Below are positions 1 through 10,488 of a stretch of DNA of 64,000 nucleotides, piece after piece. A program made the translations under genes and the position numbers. The stretch covers positions 19,354 through 83,353 of the IMG/VR virus record IMGVR_UViG_3300034105_001195; one strand, given 5' to 3'. The notes under the pieces were generated by a model. That model saw only the letters and a program-made list of their open reading frames with translations, did not search any database and had not been told where the DNA came from. Positions within the stretch are counted from its first letter, which is position 1; each line of letters opens with the position of its first letter. The DNA comes from a virus.

Positions 1-152
1 GTCAGAGTTGCCGTTATAACGCCTTCTGGGGCTGTTACAGACGCTCCCAGGATCAAGTCGTTCATATTATACTCAAGGTGGCATCCATTGGTCACAGAGA
101 CGCTAACGGATTTATTTAATGCGTTTTTGACGGTATTTGATACTGATATCAA
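1..152 (-). CDS. 5' part of a tail/baseplate protein (runs off the window)
   Basis: Open frame from a TTG at 152 (LISVSNTVKNALNKSVSVSVTNGCHLEYNMNDLI...) directly after the stop of the 154..621 gene; position downstream of the TMP. Confidence 0.5.
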   Translation of the reverse strand, partial: MISVSNTVKNALNKSVSVSVTNGCHLEYNMNDLILGASVTAPEGVITATL

Positions 153-153
153 T

Positions 154-621
154 TTATACCTCTTCTAAAGATAAAGATACATCCCAAAACTCTTGCGGGA
201 CTGAGGCTGTAGTAGATTTAACATTTCTTTTAGATACAGTAAAACTACATGATGTAAAGGAGGCTAGAATAATTTCATCTCTTGCAGAAACTGCATTATA
301 AGATATCTTAACCTTAAATGTTCCCTTACCTTTATTTAAATAGAATGCTCTTATATCTTCTGCACCCATTCCACCGTCCACGGTCATGGTGCTATATGTA
401 GGGATATCTCCCCAAGAAGCAGATACTGTTTTTTTATCTGCAATCCATATTTTTCTCAATGAGCCATTTGACATTCTTTGAGTCTTTTCAATTCTGTCTA
501 CGTCTACCGACGCTGAGCCTCTATTATGCTCAGACAATTTTGTCCAAGTTGGGGTATTTGCGTCTGTGCCTGTGTCAAAATAAATTAATGATCCTACAGG
601 AAGTGTCATTGGATAGCTCAT
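154..621 (-). CDS. Putative distal tail (Dit-like) protein
   Basis: 155 aa immediately downstream of the TMP; RMSNGSLRK...W motif typical of minor tail proteins at this position. Confidence 0.6.
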   Translation of the reverse strand: MSYPMTLPVGSLIYFDTGTDANTPTWTKLSEHNRGSASVDVDRIEKTQRMSNGSLRKIWIADKKTVSASWGDIPTYSTMTVDGGMGAEDIRAFYLNKGKGTFKVKISYNAVSARDEIILASFTSCSFTVSKRNVKSTTASVPQEFWDVSLSLEEV

Positions 622-3600
622 GTTTTAATACTCACATTCATTGGGTTACCCTTCATTTTAGCATTTAACTTTGTATCTTGTCCAATGGCCTGCTTTGTCA
701 TTGATACCACTTGTCTTACAAATGCATCAGTATTCATACCTTCAGATGGGTATATGTTCTGTGTAAGATTAATTACGTTTCCGCCGCCTCTAGAATCGCT
801 CATTGGCTCAAACATTTTGGCTGCTTGACCTACATCATATCTTGGAGATGCAAATGGTAGCTTAGCCATATTAGGGATAACCATTCCTCCAAACGCCATT
901 TCTGGTCCACGGTCTCCAACAATTGTAGGAACCTTTGGATTAAGCTTCATGGTTCCATATCCAGCTTTTACTGCTTGAACATTAAGGCCTGCTGGTGAAC
1001 CATCACCTGTTACTTTCCATTTTTTACCATTCTTATCTAAGAACTCAACACCAATCCAGGTAGAGCTTGGCCTTCCATTTTTAGTATTTGTTGTTTGTGT
1101 TGCACCTGCTGCGATTAAGGTAGATGGATGAACAATTGTAGCTCCTGCATAGGCTCCAGCAGTTGCTCCCAGAGTTGTAGGAACAGAACTAATCTTAGCG
1201 GTAGCCTTTGACGGACTCATGTCCATTTTCTTGCCATTAATATTAATGTCTCCTGTCATTGCGTCGACAGTAATTCCCTTTGAGGCTAAGCCTTTTGTAA
1301 TAGCGCCTTCTACTCCGCCCATAAAACCTGCAGCCTGGTCTGTCACGCTTGGATTATTTACCCTAGGAGATCTCTTTAATTGCAACTTAGGCGTGACAAT
1401 TGTTTCTGGTCTTGCTGTGTTTACGGTTCCAACTACACCTGCTGAAGCGGCTTGGCCTTCAGGTGTTTTTGCATACTCCTCTAGAGTCATTCCTAAAGCA
1501 TAGGCATTAATTCTTAATGTAGTCATTGCTTGATTAACATCATTAATTTGTTGCGTCTGTGTTGCAATCTTTTTATTTAATGCACCTAAATTTTCTGCTG
1601 CAAGAGCTGCATTATCTGACATCTTTTCTTGTCCAGCGTTGATTGCTTTAATTTTAGCTTCAAGAGGAGCATTGGCCAATTTGTTTGCATCTTCAATTGC
1701 TTTCTTCTGTGAATTATATTGTAGGGTAGACTGAAGCCCTTCCATATCAAGGCTTGCCTGCTGAGCACCTGCTGTATTTCCAGTTGCAATTGCAGCATCG
1801 TATTCCGCCTGCTTTTTAGCAATCTCTCTGCCAAGGTCACCCTCTTGCTTTGCTGCATCAAGGGCTTTTAGCCTTGCATCTGCTAGCTTGTTGTTTGCAT
1901 CTATCTGACTTTGTAAACGCTTTAATTCGTTTTTAGTATCAATTTGTTTTTGAGCGCTTTGGCCTTTAGCCGCTTTCTCTAGAACATCTCTCTGATCTGT
2001 TAACTTTTTTAAAGCTTTATAATTTTCTTTTAGTAATCCTTCTTTGTTTGCTGAAGCAACCGATGCGGCAACTGAATCGGCAACCATAGACAAATTCCTT
2101 ACTGCTTCGGCGCCTAGTTGTGAAAGATCTCCAGTAAAGCCCTTTGCCCCAAGACTCATTTTTTCAAATAGGCTAACAACTGTATCCATAGGGTTAATAA
2201 TTTTTCTAAGTTCTGGATTTTGTTTAATCATTTCTGCTCTAGTTCCTGCAGTAAGTACGGCCTTAGAAGACTCTAGTTTATTTAACTTTTTAAGCATTGC
2301 TTCTTGTGCTTGATACTCAGTTAATACTTTTGTGTTTCCGCTCTTGTCTGCTTTTGCAGCCTTCTTGCTTTTTTCAATCTCATCTATAATTCCAGCCTGT
2401 ATAGCCATCAGACCAGTGTTGACTGCCTTTGCGCCTTCACGTCCATTATTTGCTGAAGCAGAAACATAATTGTTTATTGCAGATTCTGCTGCATCCTGGC
2501 CTGTTCTAATATTTTTAAATGCACGGTTGCCTACAGTAAATGCTCCAGCCTTTTCTGCCTGATCAGAAAGCTTAAACATTGCAAATATTTTTTTGCTTGC
2601 TTCATCCGCTGACATTCCAGCGGCCATCAATGCGGTCTTAATATCGATTGCTACCTGCGGAAGCTCTGATTCCTTAGATTGATTAATTAATTTAATTTGA
2701 TCGGTATAGGTTTCCTTAACTTCTTTCTTAAGCTTTTTATACTCTTCAATTGTCATAGAAATAGGAAGCCCCGCATCTTGCATGCTTTCAAAAAGCATTT
2801 GGTTTCTTTCTCGTATGGCTTCTATATTTTTAACTGTATCAGCAAGCTTAGAGTTATAATCAGTAAACTTAAGTCCTGCCTTTTGAGCAGCTTCTGCTGT
2901 AAGGCCATAGCGTGTTGCTCCAATTCTTAAATGCTCGTTATGGTCTCTCATTCTCTTAATGCCCAAAGCAATAGTTGTAGAAAGTCCTGCAACTACAAGA
3001 TTTGCCCTAGTTGCCATTAATGCTACTCTTCCAAGCATTGGTGCAAGTTTAGAACCGCTAGCTGCTAGCTTGTCCGCTTGTAATGCTGCTTTACCCGCAC
3101 CTGGAAGTGATTGTGCTAATGTATTTCCAAGTCCGCCCATTCTTGATGTGACTGGTCCAGTCTTTCTGTCAGAAACTGCACCTGAATATGTAAATCCTTC
3201 TGGCCTTTGCTTCCCGCCGCCGCCCATCATCATAAATGGAATAATTCCACCTAAAGTAGATAGTGCTGTCCCCCCCATTCCTCCAATTTTGCCACCCAAC
3301 ATTTGTGCAGCAAAAGCTGCAATTAGAGGCCCTATCATTCCGCCTATGTTATATCCTTGAGCCATTGTCGATCTATTTGGAATAATACCTCCAGCGTTTC
3401 TAGGAACAAAAACTTCTGGGCCTTTTTCTCCCACAACGTATGGCTGTCCAGCATTAACTGGTCCGCCCATTTCTCTTTTTTCTAAACCAAATATAACTTG
3501 CTTTAAAGAGTCTGTAAGTGGTGTATCTTTTTTAGATTCCCAATTTAAGAATTTCTTTCTTAGTATGTCTTTATCAATTGGTGATAATTGAGACAGAACA

Positions 3601-6600
3601 GCTCTATCTCCTATAAGATCCGAAGCAGCAGATCTTATAACTGAATCTAACACGTCTGGCTCAAGAGCATTCTTTAAAGACCCCTGTGCATCTTTAACAT
3701 AACCGTAAGGTTTTTCTTTTGCAAGAGCTGCAGCAAACTTATCATAGAATAACTTTTGAGTATTCTTTCTTAATCCCGTGCTAGCAAATAATGTTTCAGC
3801 CATCTTAATAGATAGAGAGTTTACACCCCATGGAGCAGACTCGTACATGCTAGGCTTAGGTGCACCTGTTGGTCCAAATCCTGCGCCAATTCTGTGCATT
3901 GCTTTACCCTTAAGTACATTTCCAATCATTCCGCCGATATTAAATCCATTTTCTGGAGTCTTAAATGCGTTATCCGATAGACTTACGGAGTGACCCTTTT
4001 GTCTGCGCTTTAATTCATCTGCTGCAATCATTTTAGCAATAGCCGCTGGAGTCATTGTTTTTTCTGGAGACATCTTTAATGATGAATGAACTCCGTGCAA
4101 ATCTCCATATGTTTGTCTTCTTGCGTCAGAGAGTCTTTGAATCATTGCATTATAAACAACCTTCTCTTCTGAGTTTAAATCGAATCTACTTATTGTTTGT
4201 TTTAGCTTAGGCAAAGCCTCATTAATCTCTTGAAGCATACGATCATTGTATTGATCTGCTGTCATTCCCTTTGGAATACTTGCAGTTGACTCAGCAAAGA
4301 ATTTCTTTGTGTTGCTTCCCTTTACCCCTAGCAAATTAACCATTGCTTGGTGCTTGAATGAAGGCATTGTTGCAGAATATTCTCTTGGGCCAGAGGCTGT
4401 TGCAAATACTCCAGCTGGTCCCACATCTGCAAGAATATTACCAGATAGATTTCCCCTACCTAGGTCTTTATCTCCACGCAATGCTGAAGCCACTAGTTGT
4501 CTAAAGTATTGATCAGATGTGAACTTGCCGTCTTGATTTGCTATAGCAGGATTGTACTTAGACTCTAGTGCTAGTATTCTTCTTGCACCCGTTGGGTCTG
4601 TTGGATCTTTCATTACAACAACTCTTTGATTAGGTGTTTGTAGGCCATGTACGTCACGAGCAATTTCAGTTGCCCTCAATTCAGCAAGTGCTGCTTTTTC
4701 ATCTAGTACTGGCTTAACAAAAACTTTATCTCCGCCTTTACTATAAACTCCACCAATTCCAGCTACTGGGAAACTTCTTCCAGATGTTGGCTCTAGCAAT
4801 CCATCATAATCGGTTACTGGAGTTTTGCTGAATCTAGAATCTTTGACTGCTTGATTTGCCTTTTCCATTGCAGCTTTTGCTGCTCTTTGAGCTTCTACCT
4901 GCTTAATAGTTCTAGGCATTCCAAGGAACATCGCTTTGCCGCCTCTGAATAATTTCTGTGCAAACTGCCCTGGAACCTGACCTCCCATATTAAGTCTTCT
5001 TCCTGGCTTCTTAGCTTTTAAAAAGTCCATGAATACTTTTGTTATTCCAAAGTTATGTTTTAATCTTAACGGAGCCTTGATAATTCTTTCTTCAGTTCCA
5101 GGTCCTGTGCCTAACCCTAAAACCTTTCCTATTGTATCAATAGCCTTTCGCTTTTCTGTTTCAGTTTGTGGCAATCTGTCTTCAAAAGGATTTTCGTGAT
5201 TTTTTGTTAAGTTTGCAAATGTACTTGTCCATAAATTTTGTTCTTTATTTCCCGCCATTGCTTGACCAAAATTACCAGTTGCGCTGTAGCCGTATTGTCC
5301 TGCTTTTTGAATGTGCTCTGTGGCATAAGCATGAATATTTGGCTCCCATCTTCTTGATTTTTCATTCCAAATTGATTTGCCAAATAGCTCCATCTGTAAT
5401 CTTTTAACTTCCCCAGCGTTTGCAAATCCCATCTTTGTCAATGTATTAATTAAAGACGGTGAAGGATGAATAGCATGATGCCTATTGCTAGCCTTTATAT
5501 TTATTCCAGAAGAAGTTTTAACTGGTGGCTTAAGCAGCCCTCCTCCTATTTTTTTATCTAATTCTCTAGTTTGTTTTTCTTTTATTTCTCGCATTCTTTC
5601 GTCATCAATTGTGTCTGTTTTAGGGTCGTAAGCATACTGTCTTGCTTCATCATATAGTCTTTTGGCTGTACGAACTGATTCAACTTCTGACATTCCTAAA
5701 CCATTAAGTATTGCTGCGTCATGCATTACGTGCCTGACTTGTGTGTCTTCTAAAAAGTTCTTTGGAATTGATAGTCTTGAAACGTATGCAGATGCTCCTC
5801 TTATATTATTTTCTGCTTGCCTTCTTATTCCACCGCCTTCATATCTTCCCATGCCAGAGGTGTTGCCTGGTCCGCCATTTAATGAATACATTAAAGGCAT
5901 ATTCTTTTGTGCAATACTTGCTGGAATAACTGCTTCTCCAGGAGTTAATACAACTGGAACCTGTCCGCCTGTTGCATATCTTGGGGTCCCACCTAGTAGG
6001 CTCTTTACGGTTGACATATTTTGTTCTGTAGATTTTTTATTAATTACGAATGCGCCTGGTTCTGCTGTTGTGTGGTATGTGTCTGTGTTGCCTGTACCAG
6101 GAACAATGCCACCCCGAGCAAACTTAGGCTTTGTTGTTTGAATATTATATCCTGCTCCTGAAGTTCTTACGCCCCCAAGTGCTCTTGCAATTCTATCAAC
6201 TAAGGTCTTTGTCGACCCCTTATGGAACATCTCTTTCATATTTGATTTACCACTTGCTGGATCAACCACTGGCTGAGATGTAAATGGAACTGTAGTTAGA
6301 TTTGCTGTTCGCCCCATTGCCGTTGCAGTTGCAGCGGTTGTTTCTGCAAGCATTGCTTCAACTGTTGCATTTAGTTGTATTACTTTTGCTCTTGCTTGAT
6401 CCACTGTTATCTTGCTTGCCTGAAGCTGCTTAACAATTGCTTCAGTTTCTAATGCAGCAAGTTGAGTAATTTCAGAAAATTGTGGTAGCAATGCCTGATA
6501 TGAATCTGCTAGGCCAGAGGTAATTGTGCCTGTTGCCATAACCTCAGCCTTTAATACTTTAATTTCTGCTTCTGATTGCATTGCAATTGCCGCTGTCATT

Positions 6601-8828
6601 GCATGCCACTTTGCTGCTTCTTGTGCAACAACACCTGTTGATATTCCATTTACAGATGTAACACCTGGAATCTTTGGAAGATCTTGATTCATATATGCTT
6701 GAGGGTTTTTACCAATTCTAACATTTACTGGAGACGCTCCTGGAACTGTTCCAAATATAGTTCCTGGCTGTTGTGTCTGAGCTGGAATCATATGAGACAT
6801 ATCTCTTGTGTATGCTTCGCCAACTAGTGGGTTATTCTTATCTACAAATCTTTGCCCGCTTGGACTTCCAGCTGCAATTACTCCGCCTGCAAGTGTTGAG
6901 ATTCCTGGCTGCACTGCAACCTTTGCAGAGTTAGCCTTTATCTCAAGAGTATCAAATGATGCGGCAAGAGTATTTATTGCATTTGTTAATACAATTGTTG
7001 CTTCTGTATCCGAGTAGAATGATGTAGCAAGACCTTTAGCTGCAGCATCTGCTGCCATAATTTCTGGAGTAAGTAATTTAAATCCTTGTCCGCCTTTTAC
7101 TAGCTGTCTTAGGTGAAATATTCCCTTGATGACATATCCAATAAAGTTGCCCATAACACCAGCCAACATAATAATTGGTCCAGATACTGCGGTTATTCCT
7201 CCTAGTACATTTAGGAATGTCTTTACTGGCTGTGGAAGCTTCTGGAAGAATTTAATAATTCCGTCTACTACTTCTAAAACCTTTGTACTAATTACTAAAA
7301 ATTGGTTTCCAACTGCTGCAAGATCTGCTTGAACTGAAGCAAGAGCTCTCTTAAATTTACCAGATGCTGACTCTGTCAACATACCTAATTCTCGGGCTGA
7401 AATATTTGCAAGATCCGTTGCGCTTGACTTCATCAAATCCATTACCTGAAGCGTCTGGGATCCTTCTTTTCCTAAGTTTGCAAATAGAGCGGACATTCTT
7501 GCATACTGGAATTTACCGAATAGCTGCTCAATTGCTCTTGATTTGCTTAGTGGGTCTAAGTTGTCTAGGGCTGATTGAAGATCCATAATTGTCGCAGTTA
7601 GGTTGCCTGCGTTAGATGTTACAATCTGATCAATATCTATTCCAAAGCCATTAAACATTTCTTTAGCAACCTTTGTTGGGTTGATAAGAGAAGCCATTGC
7701 TGACTTAATTGCGTTAGCACCTTCTGATGCGTTTACTCCGCCTTCTTTCATTGCAGTTAAATACAATGCTAAATCTTTTACGTCTCCACCAAGAGACTTT
7801 ACAACGGGACCTGCTTTAGGAATTGCTTCAACTAAATCTGCTAGGCTTGTTGAGGTTTGGTTTTCAACTGCGTTAAGGAAGTCAATAGACTGTGTAAGTT
7901 CTTCAGTGCTTGACTTAAATGCATTCTGAATAGCAAGAGTTGCCTTCATGGCCTCTTGTCTATCTACTTCTCCAAGGATTGCAAGTCTAGAAGTTTCTTT
8001 TGTTGCTTCAAGTAGTGCTTGTCCCTGTTGTCCAGTTGCAGCTAGATCTGCGGCAAGTCCGATTGTATCTTTATATGCAATACCGTATGCTCCCGCAATT
8101 TCTCTTGCTGTTTCTGAAACATCTTTTCTTACCTTTGCAAGCTCTACTGCAGATACTGAAGATAGGCCACCGTAAACCTTTTGCAGTCTGACTAACTCTT
8201 GATCAGCTTCTCTAAAAGCTTTTTGTGCAGCCATACCAAATGCTGCTAGTGGTACGGTTAATCCTACTGTTAACTGACGACCTGCCCACTGAGTATTCTT
8301 ACCCCAGTTAATAAGACTTGTTGCTCCATCATTCATCACCTTGTTCATGATGGCAAGTTCTTGTCTTGCTATTGCTGTCTTATTCTTTACTTCATCTAGA
8401 CCCTTTGCAACCATTACGTTATATTGCATTAAGCCCTGTGCGTTTTTACCTACAGGTTGAATAATTGCTTGCTCAAGCATTACCTGCTGTTTTGCAAGGT
8501 CTCTAACTAGATTGCTAGTCCTCTTTGTATGCCCGCTCCATGTGTTGTAGTAGTCATTTAGCTTTAGTCTGCCTCTGTCTAAATTTTTGCCAAACTTTTC
8601 TACATCTGAAGTGAGGGATACGAAGTGTTGCGAGAACTGGCCTGTTGATGTAAGCGTTGTTGCAAACGCCTTATTCATTACTGCAATTTGATTTGCAAGT
8701 TTAGCGTTAGTTCCCGCTGTAACTTCTTGTAACTTTAAGAGTTGGGCAGTAGTCGCAGCCAGTTGGGTTCTTAAGCCCGTAAAGTCTGCGTTGGCGGTAA
8801 TATTGGTGGTGATTAAATTATCTGCCAT
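618..8828 (-). CDS. Tail tape measure protein with inserted cargo domains
   Basis: 2736 aa; Ala/Gly-rich helical N-half with a TP901-type TMP core (LTVGLTVPLAAFG...FLNAVENQTSTSLADLVEAIPKAGP); C-terminal VGEKGPE/VGDRGPE motifs; follows the tail chaperone. Confidence 0.93.
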   Translation of the reverse strand: MADNLITTNITANADFTGLRTQLAATTAQLLKLQEVTAGTNAKLANQIAVMNKAFATTLTSTGQFSQHFVSLTSDVEKFGKNLDRGRLKLNDYYNTWSGHTKRTSNLVRDLAKQQVMLEQAIIQPVGKNAQGLMQYNVMVAKGLDEVKNKTAIARQELAIMNKVMNDGATSLINWGKNTQWAGRQLTVGLTVPLAAFGMAAQKAFREADQELVRLQKVYGGLSSVSAVELAKVRKDVSETAREIAGAYGIAYKDTIGLAADLAATGQQGQALLEATKETSRLAILGEVDRQEAMKATLAIQNAFKSSTEELTQSIDFLNAVENQTSTSLADLVEAIPKAGPVVKSLGGDVKDLALYLTAMKEGGVNASEGANAIKSAMASLINPTKVAKEMFNGFGIDIDQIVTSNAGNLTATIMDLQSALDNLDPLSKSRAIEQLFGKFQYARMSALFANLGKEGSQTLQVMDLMKSSATDLANISARELGMLTESASGKFKRALASVQADLAAVGNQFLVISTKVLEVVDGIIKFFQKLPQPVKTFLNVLGGITAVSGPIIMLAGVMGNFIGYVIKGIFHLRQLVKGGQGFKLLTPEIMAADAAAKGLATSFYSDTEATIVLTNAINTLAASFDTLEIKANSAKVAVQPGISTLAGGVIAAGSPSGQRFVDKNNPLVGEAYTRDMSHMIPAQTQQPGTIFGTVPGASPVNVRIGKNPQAYMNQDLPKIPGVTSVNGISTGVVAQEAAKWHAMTAAIAMQSEAEIKVLKAEVMATGTITSGLADSYQALLPQFSEITQLAALETEAIVKQLQASKITVDQARAKVIQLNATVEAMLAETTAATATAMGRTANLTTVPFTSQPVVDPASGKSNMKEMFHKGSTKTLVDRIARALGGVRTSGAGYNIQTTKPKFARGGIVPGTGNTDTYHTTAEPGAFVINKKSTEQNMSTVKSLLGGTPRYATGGQVPVVLTPGEAVIPASIAQKNMPLMYSLNGGPGNTSGMGRYEGGGIRRQAENNIRGASAYVSRLSIPKNFLEDTQVRHVMHDAAILNGLGMSEVESVRTAKRLYDEARQYAYDPKTDTIDDERMREIKEKQTRELDKKIGGGLLKPPVKTSSGINIKASNRHHAIHPSPSLINTLTKMGFANAGEVKRLQMELFGKSIWNEKSRRWEPNIHAYATEHIQKAGQYGYSATGNFGQAMAGNKEQNLWTSTFANLTKNHENPFEDRLPQTETEKRKAIDTIGKVLGLGTGPGTEERIIKAPLRLKHNFGITKVFMDFLKAKKPGRRLNMGGQVPGQFAQKLFRGGKAMFLGMPRTIKQVEAQRAAKAAMEKANQAVKDSRFSKTPVTDYDGLLEPTSGRSFPVAGIGGVYSKGGDKVFVKPVLDEKAALAELRATEIARDVHGLQTPNQRVVVMKDPTDPTGARRILALESKYNPAIANQDGKFTSDQYFRQLVASALRGDKDLGRGNLSGNILADVGPAGVFATASGPREYSATMPSFKHQAMVNLLGVKGSNTKKFFAESTASIPKGMTADQYNDRMLQEINEALPKLKQTISRFDLNSEEKVVYNAMIQRLSDARRQTYGDLHGVHSSLKMSPEKTMTPAAIAKMIAADELKRRQKGHSVSLSDNAFKTPENGFNIGGMIGNVLKGKAMHRIGAGFGPTGAPKPSMYESAPWGVNSLSIKMAETLFASTGLRKNTQKLFYDKFAAALAKEKPYGYVKDAQGSLKNALEPDVLDSVIRSAASDLIGDRAVLSQLSPIDKDILRKKFLNWESKKDTPLTDSLKQVIFGLEKREMGGPVNAGQPYVVGEKGPEVFVPRNAGGIIPNRSTMAQGYNIGGMIGPLIAAFAAQMLGGKIGGMGGTALSTLGGIIPFMMMGGGGKQRPEGFTYSGAVSDRKTGPVTSRMGGLGNTLAQSLPGAGKAALQADKLAASGSKLAPMLGRVALMATRANLVVAGLSTTIALGIKRMRDHNEHLRIGATRYGLTAEAAQKAGLKFTDYNSKLADTVKNIEAIRERNQMLFESMQDAGLPISMTIEEYKKLKKEVKETYTDQIKLINQSKESELPQVAIDIKTALMAAGMSADEASKKIFAMFKLSDQAEKAGAFTVGNRAFKNIRTGQDAAESAINNYVSASANNGREGAKAVNTGLMAIQAGIIDEIEKSKKAAKADKSGNTKVLTEYQAQEAMLKKLNKLESSKAVLTAGTRAEMIKQNPELRKIINPMDTVVSLFEKMSLGAKGFTGDLSQLGAEAVRNLSMVADSVAASVASANKEGLLKENYKALKKLTDQRDVLEKAAKGQSAQKQIDTKNELKRLQSQIDANNKLADARLKALDAAKQEGDLGREIAKKQAEYDAAIATGNTAGAQQASLDMEGLQSTLQYNSQKKAIEDANKLANAPLEAKIKAINAGQEKMSDNAALAAENLGALNKKIATQTQQINDVNQAMTTLRINAYALGMTLEEYAKTPEGQAASAGVVGTVNTARPETIVTPKLQLKRSPRVNNPSVTDQAAGFMGGVEGAITKGLASKGITVDAMTGDININGKKMDMSPSKATAKISSVPTTLGATAGAYAGATIVHPSTLIAAGATQTTNTKNGRPSSTWIGVEFLDKNGKKWKVTGDGSPAGLNVQAVKAGYGTMKLNPKVPTIVGDRGPEMAFGGMVIPNMAKLPFASPRYDVGQAAKMFEPMSDSRGGGNVINLTQNIYPSEGMNTDAFVRQVVSMTKQAIGQDTKLNAKMKGNPMNVSIKT

Positions 8829-8837
8829 ATGTATATG

Positions 8838-9212
8838 TTACTCTATAGAGTATCCTAATCCTGCTCCAATGCCGAATCCAGCTTCGCTGGCAAATGCTCC
8901 TTGTAGTCCAACAATATCATCTGCTGATGCGTTGATTCCAAGTGCTTTTCTTCTAACATCTTCGAAAGACGACTCCTCCTTATTTTGGTTACTGCTTTCA
9001 TTTAACTCAACACCTTGAATCGAAGCTAAGAACTTTCTTTTCTCTGATTCCGTTTTTTGCATTGACTTAAAAGTCTGGACCATCTCTGGCATTGAAAGAT
9101 TATCTTCTAGTTCTTCGTAATTTTTCCAATTACCTAAAAGAAATACTTCCCCTTCTAAAGCGGCTAGATCTAGTTCTGACCAGCCAGTACTGCTGCCGCT
9201 AGTAGGTTTGGG
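8838..9212 (-). CDS. Tail assembly chaperone, -1 frameshift extension (gpGT-like)
   Basis: The -1 frame is open from the slippery site at 9206-9212 through WSELDLAALEGEVFLLGNWKNYEELEDNLSMPEM to the stop at 8838. Confidence 0.8.
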   Translation of the reverse strand, partial: PKPTSGSSTGWSELDLAALEGEVFLLGNWKNYEELEDNLSMPEMVQTFKSMQKTESEKRKFLASIQGVELNESSNQNKEESSFEDVRRKALGINASADDIVGLQGAFASEAGFGIGAGLGYSIE

Positions 9213-9502
9213 TCGTCCATCTTAATTCCTCCGCAGATCTCAAGAATGCGGTTGATTGTTGGAACGTCAAGTGTATCTTCAAATGCGTCTTTATCCTTTA
9301 CGAGCTCAGGCAATTGCTTTTCTAGGGCTACTGCACATGCTTCGATAAGAATCGTGAGTGTTTCGTCTTCTGATGTTACTTCTTGTGTCTTCTGAATGAC
9401 TTTCATAAACTTGCGAAGCTCTTTAATTGTTAAAGGCTTAAGTTTAACTGTTGCGCCATTTTGTAGCTGAATTTCTTCAACATCGTATACTGTTGTTGCC
9501 AT
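9170..9502 (-). CDS. Tail assembly chaperone (gpG-like)
   Basis: 110 aa between the major tail protein and TMP; LKPLTIKELRKF; ends just after a slippery heptamer. Confidence 0.85.
   Translation of the reverse strand: MATTVYDVEEIQLQNGATVKLKPLTIKELRKFMKVIQKTQEVTSEDETLTILIEACAVALEKQLPELVKDKDAFEDTLDVPTINRILEICGGIKMDDPNLLAAAVLAGQN
9206..9212 (-). other. Programmed -1 frameshift site C CCA AAC
   Basis: X XXY YYZ heptamer in the correct phase (GAC CCA AAC) near the chaperone end; the -1 frame is open. Confidence 0.8.
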
Positions 9503-9559
9503 TTAATCCTCCTCGGATCTAGTCTTAATTATTGTATCATATTGACAATATAAGGGCAA

Positions 9560-9592
9560 TAAAAAACCCCCCAATTGCTTGAGGGGAATTTT
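9560..9592 (-). terminator. Rho-independent terminator after the major tail gene
   Basis: Minus strand CCCCTCAAGCAATTGGGGGG followed by a T-run. Confidence 0.65.
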
Positions 9593-9611
9593 ATTAATTA
9601 ATTAATATTAA

Positions 9612-10376
9612 TTATAGCCAGGTGCGGTCTACGATTGTACCGTATTCTGCGCCTGCGTCTGCTGATGCTCCTGATGGAAGCAAACGGAATGTTACTGGGA
9701 ATGTTGATGCTGCGTTACGAGCCAAAGAGAACTGTGACTGTTGTACAGAAAGAACACGACGTGCATAATATACACGCTCAGTCTTTGATGATTCTGCAGT
9801 TGTTGGAGCCTGTCCAATTGCAACTAGCTGACGCTCAACTGGAGCTTCTCCTAGTGCACCTGCTGCAAGACCTAGCTTCTTACCGTTTTCAGTAAGAGTT
9901 GCTGCTGATTGTCCAAATACGGCAAGAACGTTCTCAAGAGTTCCTTCTGCCATTTCTGTTGCAATCATAACTTCCATTGTCTCCTTGAACAGCTTAGCTG
10001 TATCAAGAAGCTGATCTACTGTTACTGAACCGTATGATGGGTTGTAAGTAATTTGAAGACCGTTGTTTGTGAATCCGACGTTACGGTAAGCAGCTCCTGA
10101 GTTTGCAAGAGTTGCTGGTGCAACTGCTGAACCTGTGGTTGCATCTACTGCGTTAAGAGTTGTTGTGTATGACTCTCCTGCAACGTATGGTCCTGGTGTA
10201 GCTGATGTTCCATTCTTAAATGCTGGGACTGTCTTATTGCGTCCAGCAGCGCCTGTGATAGCTGTTCCTGGAACCATGTTTTCTACGTAACCTGATGTAG
10301 TAGAATCTTCTACTGACAAAAATAGTGGTGACGCACCAACAAGAATGTTTCTAGCATTACCTGTGTTTTGTGCCAT
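9612..10376 (-). CDS. Major tail (tube) protein
   Basis: 254 aa; NILVGA...YRNVGFTNNGLQITYNPSY...VDQLLD...FPVTFRLLP, typical of actinophage tail tube proteins; gene order. Confidence 0.88.
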   Translation of the reverse strand: MAQNTGNARNILVGASPLFLSVEDSTTSGYVENMVPGTAITGAAGRNKTVPAFKNGTSATPGPYVAGESYTTTLNAVDATTGSAVAPATLANSGAAYRNVGFTNNGLQITYNPSYGSVTVDQLLDTAKLFKETMEVMIATEMAEGTLENVLAVFGQSAATLTENGKKLGLAAGALGEAPVERQLVAIGQAPTTAESSKTERVYYARRVLSVQQSQFSLARNAASTFPVTFRLLPSGASADAGAEYGTIVDRTWL

Positions 10377-10488
10377 GTTGTATAACCTCCATTAAATAAA
10401 TATATATATATTGACTTACTTTAAATCAAGCTGGCTAGGCTCATTTCCTCTTATGTCCAATTTTACTGGATTAAGCCTTTAAAAGCAA

